Numbered from the stretch's first letter, positions 28,320 to 36,666 are shown. The stretch: 64,000 bases of DNA from Phycisphaerae bacterium (GCA_035530655.1 DATKUK010000080.1:4534-68533); one strand, 5' to 3'. The notes: a model not told the origin generated them from the sequence alone. Numbers and translations: made by a program.

Positions 28320-28913
28320 ATGCAAGCCGGGGCAAGACGCATCGACAATCGTCGGGATATACTACTGTTGCTTCTGTATTCACCGGGGCGAACGGACGAA
28401 GTAAATGAACCTATCGTGGGGCGCACGCGTTTTATGAAGATGCTCTATTTGTTCAAAGAGGAAGCCCTCACGCATTTCCGCAAGGGCACGAGCATCGATA
28501 GCGAGAGTTTTTACCAGTTTTTCCCGTGGCACTTTGGCCCCTTCTCGCGGGATGTCTACGATGATCTAATGTTCTTTGAACTGCGCGGCTTTGTGAAGCC
28601 ACAAGATTCGGAGGAAGAAACGCTCCCTGAATCTGCCGCCGAGTGGGAGGAGTGGGTTGCCCTTTCGCGCTCAGATACGGGCGAAAGTCCTGTCACCGAA
28701 TATGATGAGCAGACGTTTCGCCTTACGAAGAGGGGCGCAGATTTCGCCGCGGATCTGTATGCAAGTCTGACCGGGGAGCAAAAGCGCCTCTTACGGGAGT
28801 TCAAAGGGCGTCTGCAGACCGTACCGCTTCGGGCACTTCTGCGGTACGTATACGAGAATTATGAGGGAATGACTGCCAAGTCGAAGATCAGGGAGGAGGT
28901 GGTAGGCGGTTAG
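28320..28913 (+). CDS. SocA/Panacea (DUF4065)- or YwgA-like wHTH protein
   Basis: ATG at 28320 preceded by GGAGA. DILLLLLYSPG...IVGRTRFMKMLYLF...FFPWHFGPFSRDVYDDLMFFELRGFV matches the Panacea/YwgA pattern (KLQKLLYL..., y.yGPyS..l..dl). AT-richer than the flanks. Confidence 0.65.
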   Translation: MQAGARRIDNRRDILLLLLYSPGRTDEVNEPIVGRTRFMKMLYLFKEEALTHFRKGTSIDSESFYQFFPWHFGPFSRDVYDDLMFFELRGFVKPQDSEEETLPESAAEWEEWVALSRSDTGESPVTEYDEQTFRLTKRGADFAADLYASLTGEQKRLLREFKGRLQTVPLRALLRYVYENYEGMTAKSKIREEVVGG

Positions 28914-28980
28914 TAATGTACCTGACTCAGTATGGCCTTCGCTTGTCGCTTCGGCGATTCCAATCGTACTCGGCGCTGCC

Positions 28981-29433
28981 GTGACCTACCTTCGGCCTTT
29001 CGTTGAATCGCAGAAGGACCTCCGGTCGCGTATCAGACTGCGCCGCGAGGCGTTGTTGGAGCAGTTGGCTGGCACGCACACCAAACTACTTCAGCATGTC
29101 CGGCGCATAGCGTCTGAGGATCGCTACGCTATGCTTCGTGGCGATGGCAAGGAAAACCCGGACCTCGTTGGCGAACTAACTCGGGAGACGTTCCGATTGT
29201 TCACCGTCTTTCATCATTTGGAACTCCTGAAAAGAGTGGTTCGACTTGCCTATACAGGACTCTTGATCACCGTGTGCATTGGCATAGTCGGTGCGCTATT
29301 GGCATGGCTACAGATTCAGGCGCGCACATGGGTTCTGATGGTCGGCATCGTCCTTGTAGTTGTGCAAATCGCACTTATTGCCCTGCTCTATTGGTCATCG
29401 TGCCGACTCGAAACATATGAAGACGTTACATAG
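28981..29433 (+). CDS. Coiled-coil protein with two C-terminal transmembrane helices (candidate membrane effector)
   Basis: GTG start at 28981 as in the track. Helical N-terminal half, then LLITVCIGIVGALLAWL and WVLMVGIVLVVVQIALIALLYW. The open frame extends upstream to 28906 and encodes another hydrophobic stretch but has no canonical start there. Confidence 0.55.
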   Translation: MTYLRPFVESQKDLRSRIRLRREALLEQLAGTHTKLLQHVRRIASEDRYAMLRGDGKENPDLVGELTRETFRLFTVFHHLELLKRVVRLAYTGLLITVCIGIVGALLAWLQIQARTWVLMVGIVLVVVQIALIALLYWSSCRLETYEDVT

Positions 29434-29437
29434 CACA

Positions 29438-29851
29438 ATGAGCGAACCGGGCGAGGCGCACATTATCAGGTCTCTGATTCAGTTTCTCCGAGGCGAGGGC
29501 TACCGCGTACGCCTCGAGGTGCCTAACATGGGCCAAAGCGCGGATCTTGTCGCGACCCGGAGTCGATGGGTAACCTTTGTGGAGGCGAAGCGGCGGGACT
29601 GGCGACGAGCTATGGAACAATGCCGAGCTCACGAGCCGGTCGCTGATTTCATCTGCATCGCGCTGTCACTTGGCAAACTCTCGGATACGTTGTTGGGCGA
29701 GGTACGGGAATGTGGATACGGGCTCATCCAATGTGACGCTGAAACCCTATCGTGCCAGTGGGTTGTCGAGCCAACGCGTAATGGGAAGGTGTGGGGACCG
29801 CAGCGGCGCCGCGTTGCGATCGCGATGAGGGCAATCGAGTATGCAGATTGA
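29438..29851 (+). CDS. Minimal PD-(D/E)xK nuclease-fold protein
   Basis: ATG at 29438 (alternative ATG at 29417 overlapping the upstream gene). Helix-strand layout with SADLVA...WVTFVEAKR gives D-x13-E-x-K. The stop overlaps the start of the next gene. Confidence 0.6.
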   Translation: MSEPGEAHIIRSLIQFLRGEGYRVRLEVPNMGQSADLVATRSRWVTFVEAKRRDWRRAMEQCRAHEPVADFICIALSLGKLSDTLLGEVRECGYGLIQCDAETLSCQWVVEPTRNGKVWGPQRRRVAIAMRAIEYAD

Positions 29852-31184
29852 CCATTGGATGCTATTCAGCACATTTGCTGAGCAACGGCACTTTGAATAC
29901 CCGAGGACGGGTACATACAAAGGCGTCGTTATTAACGCCAACATGGCGGCGCACGCACCAGCGGGGCTTGCGGCATTCCTGTTGGGCAAGACCGCAGGCA
30001 TGGAATACATTGTTGATCCGCTCACTCATGCTTTTCAGCACGACCCGGAAGTGATATGCGACGACACAGGCAAGCCGAGGTCCTCGATTAAGGGTCTGGC
30101 AGAGCACTACGGCGAACCTATTGATGCGCTCGTCGGATCGCGCCCTGTCCTTCCGAGACATTTCATCAAAGACAACGTGCTCCGAAGCTTCACAGAACGG
30201 TGCGTTGAATTTCAGCTGAATCACCTCAGGCGTTTCATGGCGGCGGACGACGCGGCGAAGTACCTAGAGGAGGACGAGGTCGATGTCCCACCTTACGCTG
30301 TGGTGGCGCCCTACTTCTTCCTCACAGAAACGACATACGGGAATTGGCTTCCCATTTGCCGAGGCGCTGCCCAATACGCGCTTGAAAAGGTGCGGCGCCA
30401 CAACAGGGAGGTCAGAGTGTTCGGCGCAGTTGTCGTCAGTCAAGGCATCTTGCTTGACAATGCGGCCCAGGATGAGATCGCAAGGGAGTTCAATGCAGTC
30501 GAGTTGGACGGATACCTGCTATGGATTGACAATCTGGACGAACAGACCGCCAGCAGGGGTGAGTTGGCGGGTCTGCTGGCGCTGGTGCGCAGGCTCCGAA
30601 TGGACGGACGGCGAGAAGTAGTAAACCTTCATGGCGGGTACTTTTCGATCCTCGCAGCTGGCGTCCTCGCCCAGAATGCTCTATCAGGGGTGACACACGC
30701 GCCCGAATTCGGGGAGTTTCGCCCGGTGATTCCGGTTGGGGGGGGAATTCCAATTGCGCGGTATTACATTCCAACTCTGCATGCGCGCGTGCGGTACCGA
30801 GACGCGCTTCGCGTGTTTCAGGCGAAAGGTTGGCTTGAGGATGCAGCAACCTTTTACTCGAACATCTGTGATTGCGATGCATGTAAGGACGTGCTCAGTG
30901 GTGACATAGCCAACTTTCGCCTTTTTGGCCAGAGCAACGTAAGGAGCGTGCGTCGCGCGCATAACATTGTGCGTATCGATTTTCCAACAACGGAAGCGAA
31001 GCTGCGATGCCTTCGTCACTATCTGCAACGAAAGCACATAGAGTACGTCAGAGCTGCGACAGCATCGAAAGACGAGCTACAATCCGATTTGCGTGAGGGG
31101 AAGACGTCTTTGGAAGAGGTGGTCGGTCTCGAAGGCGTAGCCCATCTTGATCGATGGAGATTAGTTTTGGGTAGTGCGGATTGA
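29841..31184 (+). CDS. tRNA-guanine transglycosylase (TGT)/DpdA-like TIM-barrel protein
   Basis: 447 aa. CDCDAC followed by His 26 residues after the last Cys (..RRAHNIV) reproduces the TGT zinc site CxCxxC-X25-H (E. coli Tgt CDCYTC...IHNL). Alternating strand/helix pattern upstream. ATG overlaps the nuclease gene end by 11 nt. Confidence 0.7.
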   Translation: MQIDHWMLFSTFAEQRHFEYPRTGTYKGVVINANMAAHAPAGLAAFLLGKTAGMEYIVDPLTHAFQHDPEVICDDTGKPRSSIKGLAEHYGEPIDALVGSRPVLPRHFIKDNVLRSFTERCVEFQLNHLRRFMAADDAAKYLEEDEVDVPPYAVVAPYFFLTETTYGNWLPICRGAAQYALEKVRRHNREVRVFGAVVVSQGILLDNAAQDEIAREFNAVELDGYLLWIDNLDEQTASRGELAGLLALVRRLRMDGRREVVNLHGGYFSILAAGVLAQNALSGVTHAPEFGEFRPVIPVGGGIPIARYYIPTLHARVRYRDALRVFQAKGWLEDAATFYSNICDCDACKDVLSGDIANFRLFGQSNVRSVRRAHNIVRIDFPTTEAKLRCLRHYLQRKHIEYVRAATASKDELQSDLREGKTSLEEVVGLEGVAHLDRWRLVLGSAD

Positions 31185-31353
31185 CCGACCACCTGACCGA
31201 CCTCATTGCCTTAACGCGCGGGGCAAGTCTTGTCAGCGTCTCCGGTGCGCAGGCTGGCCGAAGGAAGGAGCACGCGCTCCCGTTACTTCGTTGGCCGGCA
31301 AGGAAAGGATGCTGACGGCTTCCGATGCCCCGGAACCGGTAGCATACAACGAC

Positions 31354-31410
31354 GATCGAGTCCCCCGCCCGGTGCCCCATCCTTGCGGAGCAAGGTTGAG
31401 GGATGAATGC
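31354..31410. repeat. Dispersed hairpin repeat, long-form copy (tail-head junction)
   Basis: gatcgagtcccccgccc ... CCCCATCCTTGC-gga-GCAAGGTTGAGGGATG. Shares the GCAAGG-TG-GGATG arm and the GATCG-GTC-CCGCCC block with 31629-31700 and 36551-36626. Confidence 0.7.
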
Positions 31411-31628
31411 ACAAGCAAGAAGAACATGCCCACGCGGAGATGCTGGGTGTATGATCGTTCACACGTCGTAAGTGGTGCGCGAAGCAGAGACAACCGTCTT
31501 TGCACAAGGGGCGTGGGCATGCCACCCGGGGCAGACGAATAAGACAAAGGATGGCGGGTGAAACCCGCCCTACGTGTCTGGTGCAACACAAGACACTGCT
31601 CAAGAGCCCGCCGCGGCGGGTCACACCC

Positions 31629-31700
31629 GCGCAGCAAGGGTGAGGGATGAAAGATCATCGTGTCCCCCGCCCTCGAAGAGGGCGGGCCACCCACCCGACG
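31629..31700. repeat. Dispersed hairpin repeat, long-form copy
   Basis: gcgcagcaagggtgagggATGaaagatcatcgtgtcccccgccc + stem-loop CCCGCCC-tcgaaga-GGGCGGG + ccacccaccc. About 80% identical over the first 45 nt to 36551-36593. Confidence 0.75.
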
Positions 31701-31861
31701 TGTCTTGAACTTGCAGGCAGGAGCCTCGATGAGGTATACGAGTATCATGACGACCGGTCGGTCTTGTCTGGCATGTCACCGGCCGTGCTGCACCCGTGGC
31801 GTAAGCAAGAGCCGTCCGGCTGCGGGCGACGTTCATTCGGGGCCAGCAAGTGGTGGTGCCC

Positions 31862-34630
31862 ATGCTTTGGCGCAGGCGTTGGCTTCTACACGGCGTGATG
31901 GGCTTGGCCTTTGCGCAGACGGCTTGGGCGGCCGCGACGAGCAGCAATGACAGGCAGGTGGTCATTTCGGTTCAGGGCCTGCCCCTTCCGGGCGAAACGA
32001 GCGTGGTGGCGACGGCCTACCGCACCGTGCTGAAAGCTTTTCTCGAGGAGTATCCGGCCTACAAGGTTGAGCCGTTCGTGATGCCGGACGTCGCCGGGCT
32101 GGGGATGGATACCGGTCCGCTCATGGCGATTGCCGCGGGCACACCACCACATGCCATCTACGTCAACTTCCGTCAGTCGTCGAGCTACATCGCGCAGGGG
32201 TTCGTCGAGCCGATGGAGAGCCTGCTGGCGCGGATCCTCAGCGACGACGAGCGCGTGCGCCGGACGGACGCCGCGGGTGGGTGGTTGGCCGACCCGACCG
32301 AGCGGGAGATCGCTCACGCGCTGGAACTCATCCGACAGCGCGTGGCCGGGCCGGTCTGGCCGGTGGTCTACCGCGTCGATGACACCAGGCCGGAATCGGG
32401 CAGACACGTGTGGGCCATTCCCATCAACACGTTTGTGATGGCCCTGTTGTACCGCAAGGACCTGTTCTTTGAGGCAGGGCTGGACCCCGATCGTCCGCCG
32501 ACCACCTGGGAAGAGTTTCGCCAGTACGCCAAAACACTCACGCGAGGCCGCCAGTACGGGCTGATGCTATTTCGCGTGCCCATCAGTTGGAGCATCTACA
32601 GCTTTCTGGTCTCCAACGGCGCGCAGGTTCTGGAGCAGGCGACCGACGGGAGCTGGCGCGCCATTTACGACACGCGTGCCGCGGCTGAGGCAATTTACTA
32701 CGTCTGGCAACTGGTGAGCGGCGATAAGTCGGTCAGCCTGAGCGCGGCCGAGCTGGAGTGGCAGCGGGGCGAGATCGCCATGCGCTTCAACTACCTGGAC
32801 GACGAGCAACTCAGCGGCATCAACCCTCAACTGGTGGGCATCGCACCGGTGCCCCTGTCGCCGCTAGGCGCTCGCAACAGCGAGTTGAATTGCCGGATGC
32901 TGGGCGTCTTCAGCGACTCGACGCCGGAGCAGAAGCTGGCGGTGATGCGCTACATCTGGTTCACCACGGGTGAGCGAGCCCAGCAGATTCGCACGCGAGT
33001 TTTGGTGGAGAACGGGTTTGGGCGATTCGTGAATCCGGACTTGCTGCGGAAGTTCGGCTACGAACACGCGCTGCGGCAGGTGCCCGAGGGCTGGCGCGAG
33101 ACCTTTGGGATCGCCTTGGCGAATGGCATCCCCGAGCCCTACGGCCGCAACACGCAGAACATCTATCGGTATATGGCCGAGCCGATCGACGCGGCGCTGG
33201 AGTTGCCGTTGGGCGACCTGCCGCGCGAGGATGCACTGGACGTGATCGAAAGTCTTCTGCGCGAATCGGCGCGCGAGGTCAACACGAAGGTTCTGGGTCA
33301 CCTGACCGCACAGGAGATGCGGAAGCGTCGGATCATCGGTGGCGCGGTCCTCGCATTGGTGCTGTTAGGGTTCGCTGTGAGTCTGGGCCGGGTGTGGCGG
33401 TCTTTCAGCCGTGGCAGTGCCGCCGCCATCGAGAATCCAAGGTGGCGGAAGTTCATCTGGGGCTACATCTTGCTGGTTCCGGCGCTGGTGCTGTTGGTGC
33501 TGTGGCACTACGTGCCGCTGGTCGGGGGTTTGGGTATCTCGCTGACCGATTATCAGCTCGTACGCGACAGCACGATCGTGTTCGTGGACAACTTCGCCAA
33601 CGTACTGTTCGACGAAAAGGTATGGGCAGCTCTGGGGCGGACGTTTTACTTCGTGGCGCTGATGCTTGGTCTGGGCTTCTGGCCGCCCATCGCGCTGGCG
33701 ATCCTGCTACAGGAGGTGCTCACGAGCACGGCGAAGTATGTGTACCGCACGATTTTCTACCTGCCGGCGGTGGTCAGCGGCGTGCTCATGATGTTCTTGT
33801 GGAAGCAGCTTTACGCACCGACCTCCGACGGCGTGCTCAACCAGTTGCTGCTGAGCCTGAACTCGCTGGGCCCGCTGTCGGCGACGCTGCTGAAGTGGTT
33901 TCTGCTGGGTGTGTGGCTGTCGCTGATCGGCCTGCTGATCTGGCTGCCCATCAAGCTGCGCGAGGTGAGCTGGCGGCTTCGGCTGAGCCTGTGGATGGTG
34001 GCGGCGGCGCTGGTGGGGGTAACGGTCTGGCCGCTGGCGGAGGCCTACCTGGGACCCTCGGCCCTGGAGGTGCAGGCGCGGGGGCTCGACCCGGCGAACG
34101 TCGGCGGTTTGGGCGCGCTGCTCGCGTCGCTGGCGCATCTTGTCGGGCCCTTCGGGCTGGAGCCGTTGGGGTGGATTCAGTCGCCGCGCATGGCGATGTT
34201 GTGCGTGGTCATCCCGTTCGTCTGGGCGAGTATGGGGCCTGGGTGCATCCTTTACCTGGCCGCCCTTAAGACCGTGCCGGACGAGCTTTATGAGGCCGCC
34301 GACATCGACGGCGCCGGCATCTGGAACAAGTTGTTTTACATCACGCTGCCGACGCTGAAGTATCTGATCGCGATCCAGTTCATCTTCGCCGTCATCATGG
34401 CCTTTCGGGGTGGTACCGACATGATCCTGGCGCTGACGGGCGGCGGCCCGAGCAACGCGACGCAGATTCTGGCGTTGGAGATTTTCTTTCGCACCTTTTT
34501 GGAGTTGAAGTTCGGAATCGGTGCAGCCATGGCCTGGCTGCTGGGCGGGCTGCTGATCGGCTTGACGGCTCAGCAACTCAAGATGCTTTCGCGAGCCGAG
34601 TTCAGAACGGCCGCCCGCACCGACGGCTGA
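31862..34630 (+). CDS. Fused extracellular solute-binding protein / ABC transporter permease (carbohydrate type)
   Basis: Signal peptide MLWRRRWLLHGVMGLAFAQTAWA and an approximately 450-aa SBP-like domain. Next comes a TM anchor and a MalF-type permease with EAADIDGAGIWNKLFYITLP (EAA loop). GTG codons at 31850-31858 are alternative starts. Confidence 0.82.
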   Translation: MLWRRRWLLHGVMGLAFAQTAWAAATSSNDRQVVISVQGLPLPGETSVVATAYRTVLKAFLEEYPAYKVEPFVMPDVAGLGMDTGPLMAIAAGTPPHAIYVNFRQSSSYIAQGFVEPMESLLARILSDDERVRRTDAAGGWLADPTEREIAHALELIRQRVAGPVWPVVYRVDDTRPESGRHVWAIPINTFVMALLYRKDLFFEAGLDPDRPPTTWEEFRQYAKTLTRGRQYGLMLFRVPISWSIYSFLVSNGAQVLEQATDGSWRAIYDTRAAAEAIYYVWQLVSGDKSVSLSAAELEWQRGEIAMRFNYLDDEQLSGINPQLVGIAPVPLSPLGARNSELNCRMLGVFSDSTPEQKLAVMRYIWFTTGERAQQIRTRVLVENGFGRFVNPDLLRKFGYEHALRQVPEGWRETFGIALANGIPEPYGRNTQNIYRYMAEPIDAALELPLGDLPREDALDVIESLLRESAREVNTKVLGHLTAQEMRKRRIIGGAVLALVLLGFAVSLGRVWRSFSRGSAAAIENPRWRKFIWGYILLVPALVLLVLWHYVPLVGGLGISLTDYQLVRDSTIVFVDNFANVLFDEKVWAALGRTFYFVALMLGLGFWPPIALAILLQEVLTSTAKYVYRTIFYLPAVVSGVLMMFLWKQLYAPTSDGVLNQLLLSLNSLGPLSATLLKWFLLGVWLSLIGLLIWLPIKLREVSWRLRLSLWMVAAALVGVTVWPLAEAYLGPSALEVQARGLDPANVGGLGALLASLAHLVGPFGLEPLGWIQSPRMAMLCVVIPFVWASMGPGCILYLAALKTVPDELYEAADIDGAGIWNKLFYITLPTLKYLIAIQFIFAVIMAFRGGTDMILALTGGGPSNATQILALEIFFRTFLELKFGIGAAMAWLLGGLLIGLTAQQLKMLSRAEFRTAARTDG

Positions 34631-34646
34631 GCGGAGACGCTGCCCC

Positions 34647-36521
34647 ATGCCCATCATCTCCCGCATCGAGACTCAGAGCCGTCGAGGCAGGTGTATTCAC
34701 GCGGCCATTTTCCTCGTGCTGACGGTCGGCGGTCTGACCATGGTATATCCGTTCGTGGTCATGATCGGCGGCTCGCTGCGCAGCGAGATGGACGAGACCG
34801 AGATGACGGCGGTTCCGCGCTACCTGGTGGATCAGGACGTGCTCTATCGGCGCTTCCTGGAGGCCAAGTACAACCAGGACGTATCGGCGCTGAACGTCGC
34901 GCACGTGCAGCGGAACTTCAGCTTTCGGTCGGTCCGTGCACCTCTCCCGCTGGTGGATCGGCGGGTGGAGGACTTCCGGCAGTTCCTGGAGGCGACGCCG
35001 CTGCCGGACCACTGGCAGGTCCTGGGCGCCGCCTATGGGGTCAAGCGCATCGCGCCGCGGTACATGCGTCAGCTTCAGGATCGGCTGAAGGAGCGCTTCC
35101 GGGGCGACATCGTTGCACTCACCCGGCAGACGGGCCTGACCTTGTCGAGTTGGAGCGAGGTGGTCCTGCCGCCGCCGGCGTGGCTCAAGCAGGGCTACGA
35201 CTACCAGGACAACATCCTCTACGAGACCTATCTGGCGCTCCTGGCCCAGGCGCCGCCGGTGGAGCGGCAGCTCGTCAGTGTCAGCGGCTACTTCGTCGAG
35301 ACGGTCATCGTGCCGCGCTACGGGCAGTCGTCGATCGAGCTGTACAACAAAGCACACCGCCGGACGATCGAATCACTGGACCACTTCGTTCTGCCCTGTA
35401 CGGTGCCGGGGCTCGACCAGCCGCAGCTTCGCGCGGAATGGATCACGTTCGTCCAAGAGGAGTTGAACGCCTCCTTCGTGCTGCTGCCGTCGGAGCTGGC
35501 ACCGAGTTACCGCGAGTGGCTGCGGCGGCGCTACCAGGCGATCGGCCAGCTCAATCGCACGTGGGGAACCACGCATGCAAACTTCCGGCTCATCCCACTG
35601 CCGGCCGGCGAGTGGCTTCGCGGCGCCCGCCGCATGGACTACCGGCAGTTCCTATTGGAGCAGCCGGTCGAGCGCTATCGGCTCGCCGGTCCGGAGTACG
35701 CCTGGCGGCAGTGGCTGACAGGCCGCTACGGTTCGGTTGAGCGTCTCAATGACGCCTATCAGAGCCGCCACGCCGACTTCCGGCACGTCCCGATGCCGGT
35801 GGCCGAGTACGAGTATCGCTACACGGTGGATAACTCCGCGTCGCTGCGGAGACAGTTCGCCGCGCGCAACTTCATCACCGTCCTGCGGGAGTTGTTCGTT
35901 CAGGGCCGGGCCTTCGTAAACACGGCCATCTTCTGCGCGTTGGCGATCGCAGCGTCGCTGCTGATCAACCCCCTTGCCGCGTACGCACTGTCGCGGTTCC
36001 AGCTACCCGGCACGTACAAGATCCTGCTGTTGCTGATGGCGACGATGGCCTTCCCACCGATGGTGGCCATGATCCCCCAGTTCATCCTGCTGCGGGAACT
36101 CCACCTCCTCAACACGTTTGTTGCCCTGCTGCTGCCGGTGGCTGTTAACGGCTACCTGATCTTCCTGCTGAAGGGATTCTTCGACTCGCTGCCCCGCGAA
36201 CTGTATGAGGCCGCCCGCGTCGATGGCGCTTCGGAGGTGCGGATGTTCTTCCAGATCACGATGTCGTTGAGCAAGCCGATCCTGGCCGTGGTGGCGCTGC
36301 AAGCCTTCAACATCGCCTATATGATGTTTCTGTACGCCCTCGTGGTGTGCCCGCGCCCGGATATGTGGCTGCTGAGCGTGTGGCTGTATCAGTTCCAGCG
36401 GGATGCGTGCAGTTCGGTGGTCTTCGCGTCGGTACTGGTGGCGAGCGTCCCCAGCCTACTGGTCTTCGTGTTCGCCCAGAACATCATCATGCGGGGCATC
36501 GTGGTGCCGTCGGAGAAGTAA
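34647..36521 (+). CDS. ABC transporter permease (MalG-type) with an approximately 380-aa extracytoplasmic insertion
   Basis: One N-terminal TM, a large soluble segment, then a permease core with EAARVDGASEVRMFFQITM (EAA loop). Confidence 0.82.
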   Translation: MPIISRIETQSRRGRCIHAAIFLVLTVGGLTMVYPFVVMIGGSLRSEMDETEMTAVPRYLVDQDVLYRRFLEAKYNQDVSALNVAHVQRNFSFRSVRAPLPLVDRRVEDFRQFLEATPLPDHWQVLGAAYGVKRIAPRYMRQLQDRLKERFRGDIVALTRQTGLTLSSWSEVVLPPPAWLKQGYDYQDNILYETYLALLAQAPPVERQLVSVSGYFVETVIVPRYGQSSIELYNKAHRRTIESLDHFVLPCTVPGLDQPQLRAEWITFVQEELNASFVLLPSELAPSYREWLRRRYQAIGQLNRTWGTTHANFRLIPLPAGEWLRGARRMDYRQFLLEQPVERYRLAGPEYAWRQWLTGRYGSVERLNDAYQSRHADFRHVPMPVAEYEYRYTVDNSASLRRQFAARNFITVLRELFVQGRAFVNTAIFCALAIAASLLINPLAAYALSRFQLPGTYKILLLLMATMAFPPMVAMIPQFILLRELHLLNTFVALLLPVAVNGYLIFLLKGFFDSLPRELYEAARVDGASEVRMFFQITMSLSKPILAVVALQAFNIAYMMFLYALVVCPRPDMWLLSVWLYQFQRDACSSVVFASVLVASVPSLLVFVFAQNIIMRGIVVPSEK

Positions 36522-36550
36522 CGACGCCTGCGCGGCGGAGTGGCGACGTT

Positions 36551-36626
36551 GCGGAGCAAGGGTGGGCATGAGTGATCATCGAGTCGGCCGCCCTCCAACG
36601 CAAAGGGTGGCTACCCATCCCTCACC
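36551..36626. repeat. Dispersed hairpin repeat, long-form copy upstream of cls
   Basis: gcggagcaagggtgggcATGagtgatcatcgagtcggccgccc ... gcaaagggtgg ... cccatccctcacc. Collinear with 31629-31700. Confidence 0.75.
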
Positions 36627-36666
36627 GAGTATCATCATGCCGCAGGTTCTGTTGGTGGAACGGTGA
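36568..36666 (+). other. Repeat-borne 32-codon uORF overlapping the cls start
   Basis: ATG at 36568 lies inside the repeat (MSDHRVGRPPTQRVATHPSPSIIMPQVLLVER). Its TGA (36664-36666) overlaps the cls ATG (36666-36668). The sister repeat at 31647 begins MKDHRVPRPRRGRATHPT. Confidence 0.4.

Noticed and set aside
34691-35740. 349-aa plus-strand ORF and 34602..35357 minus ORF overlapping the second permease gene
   Set aside because: Out-of-frame relative to the 624-aa permease, which carries the EAA loop. The products are Arg/Ala/Gly-rich.
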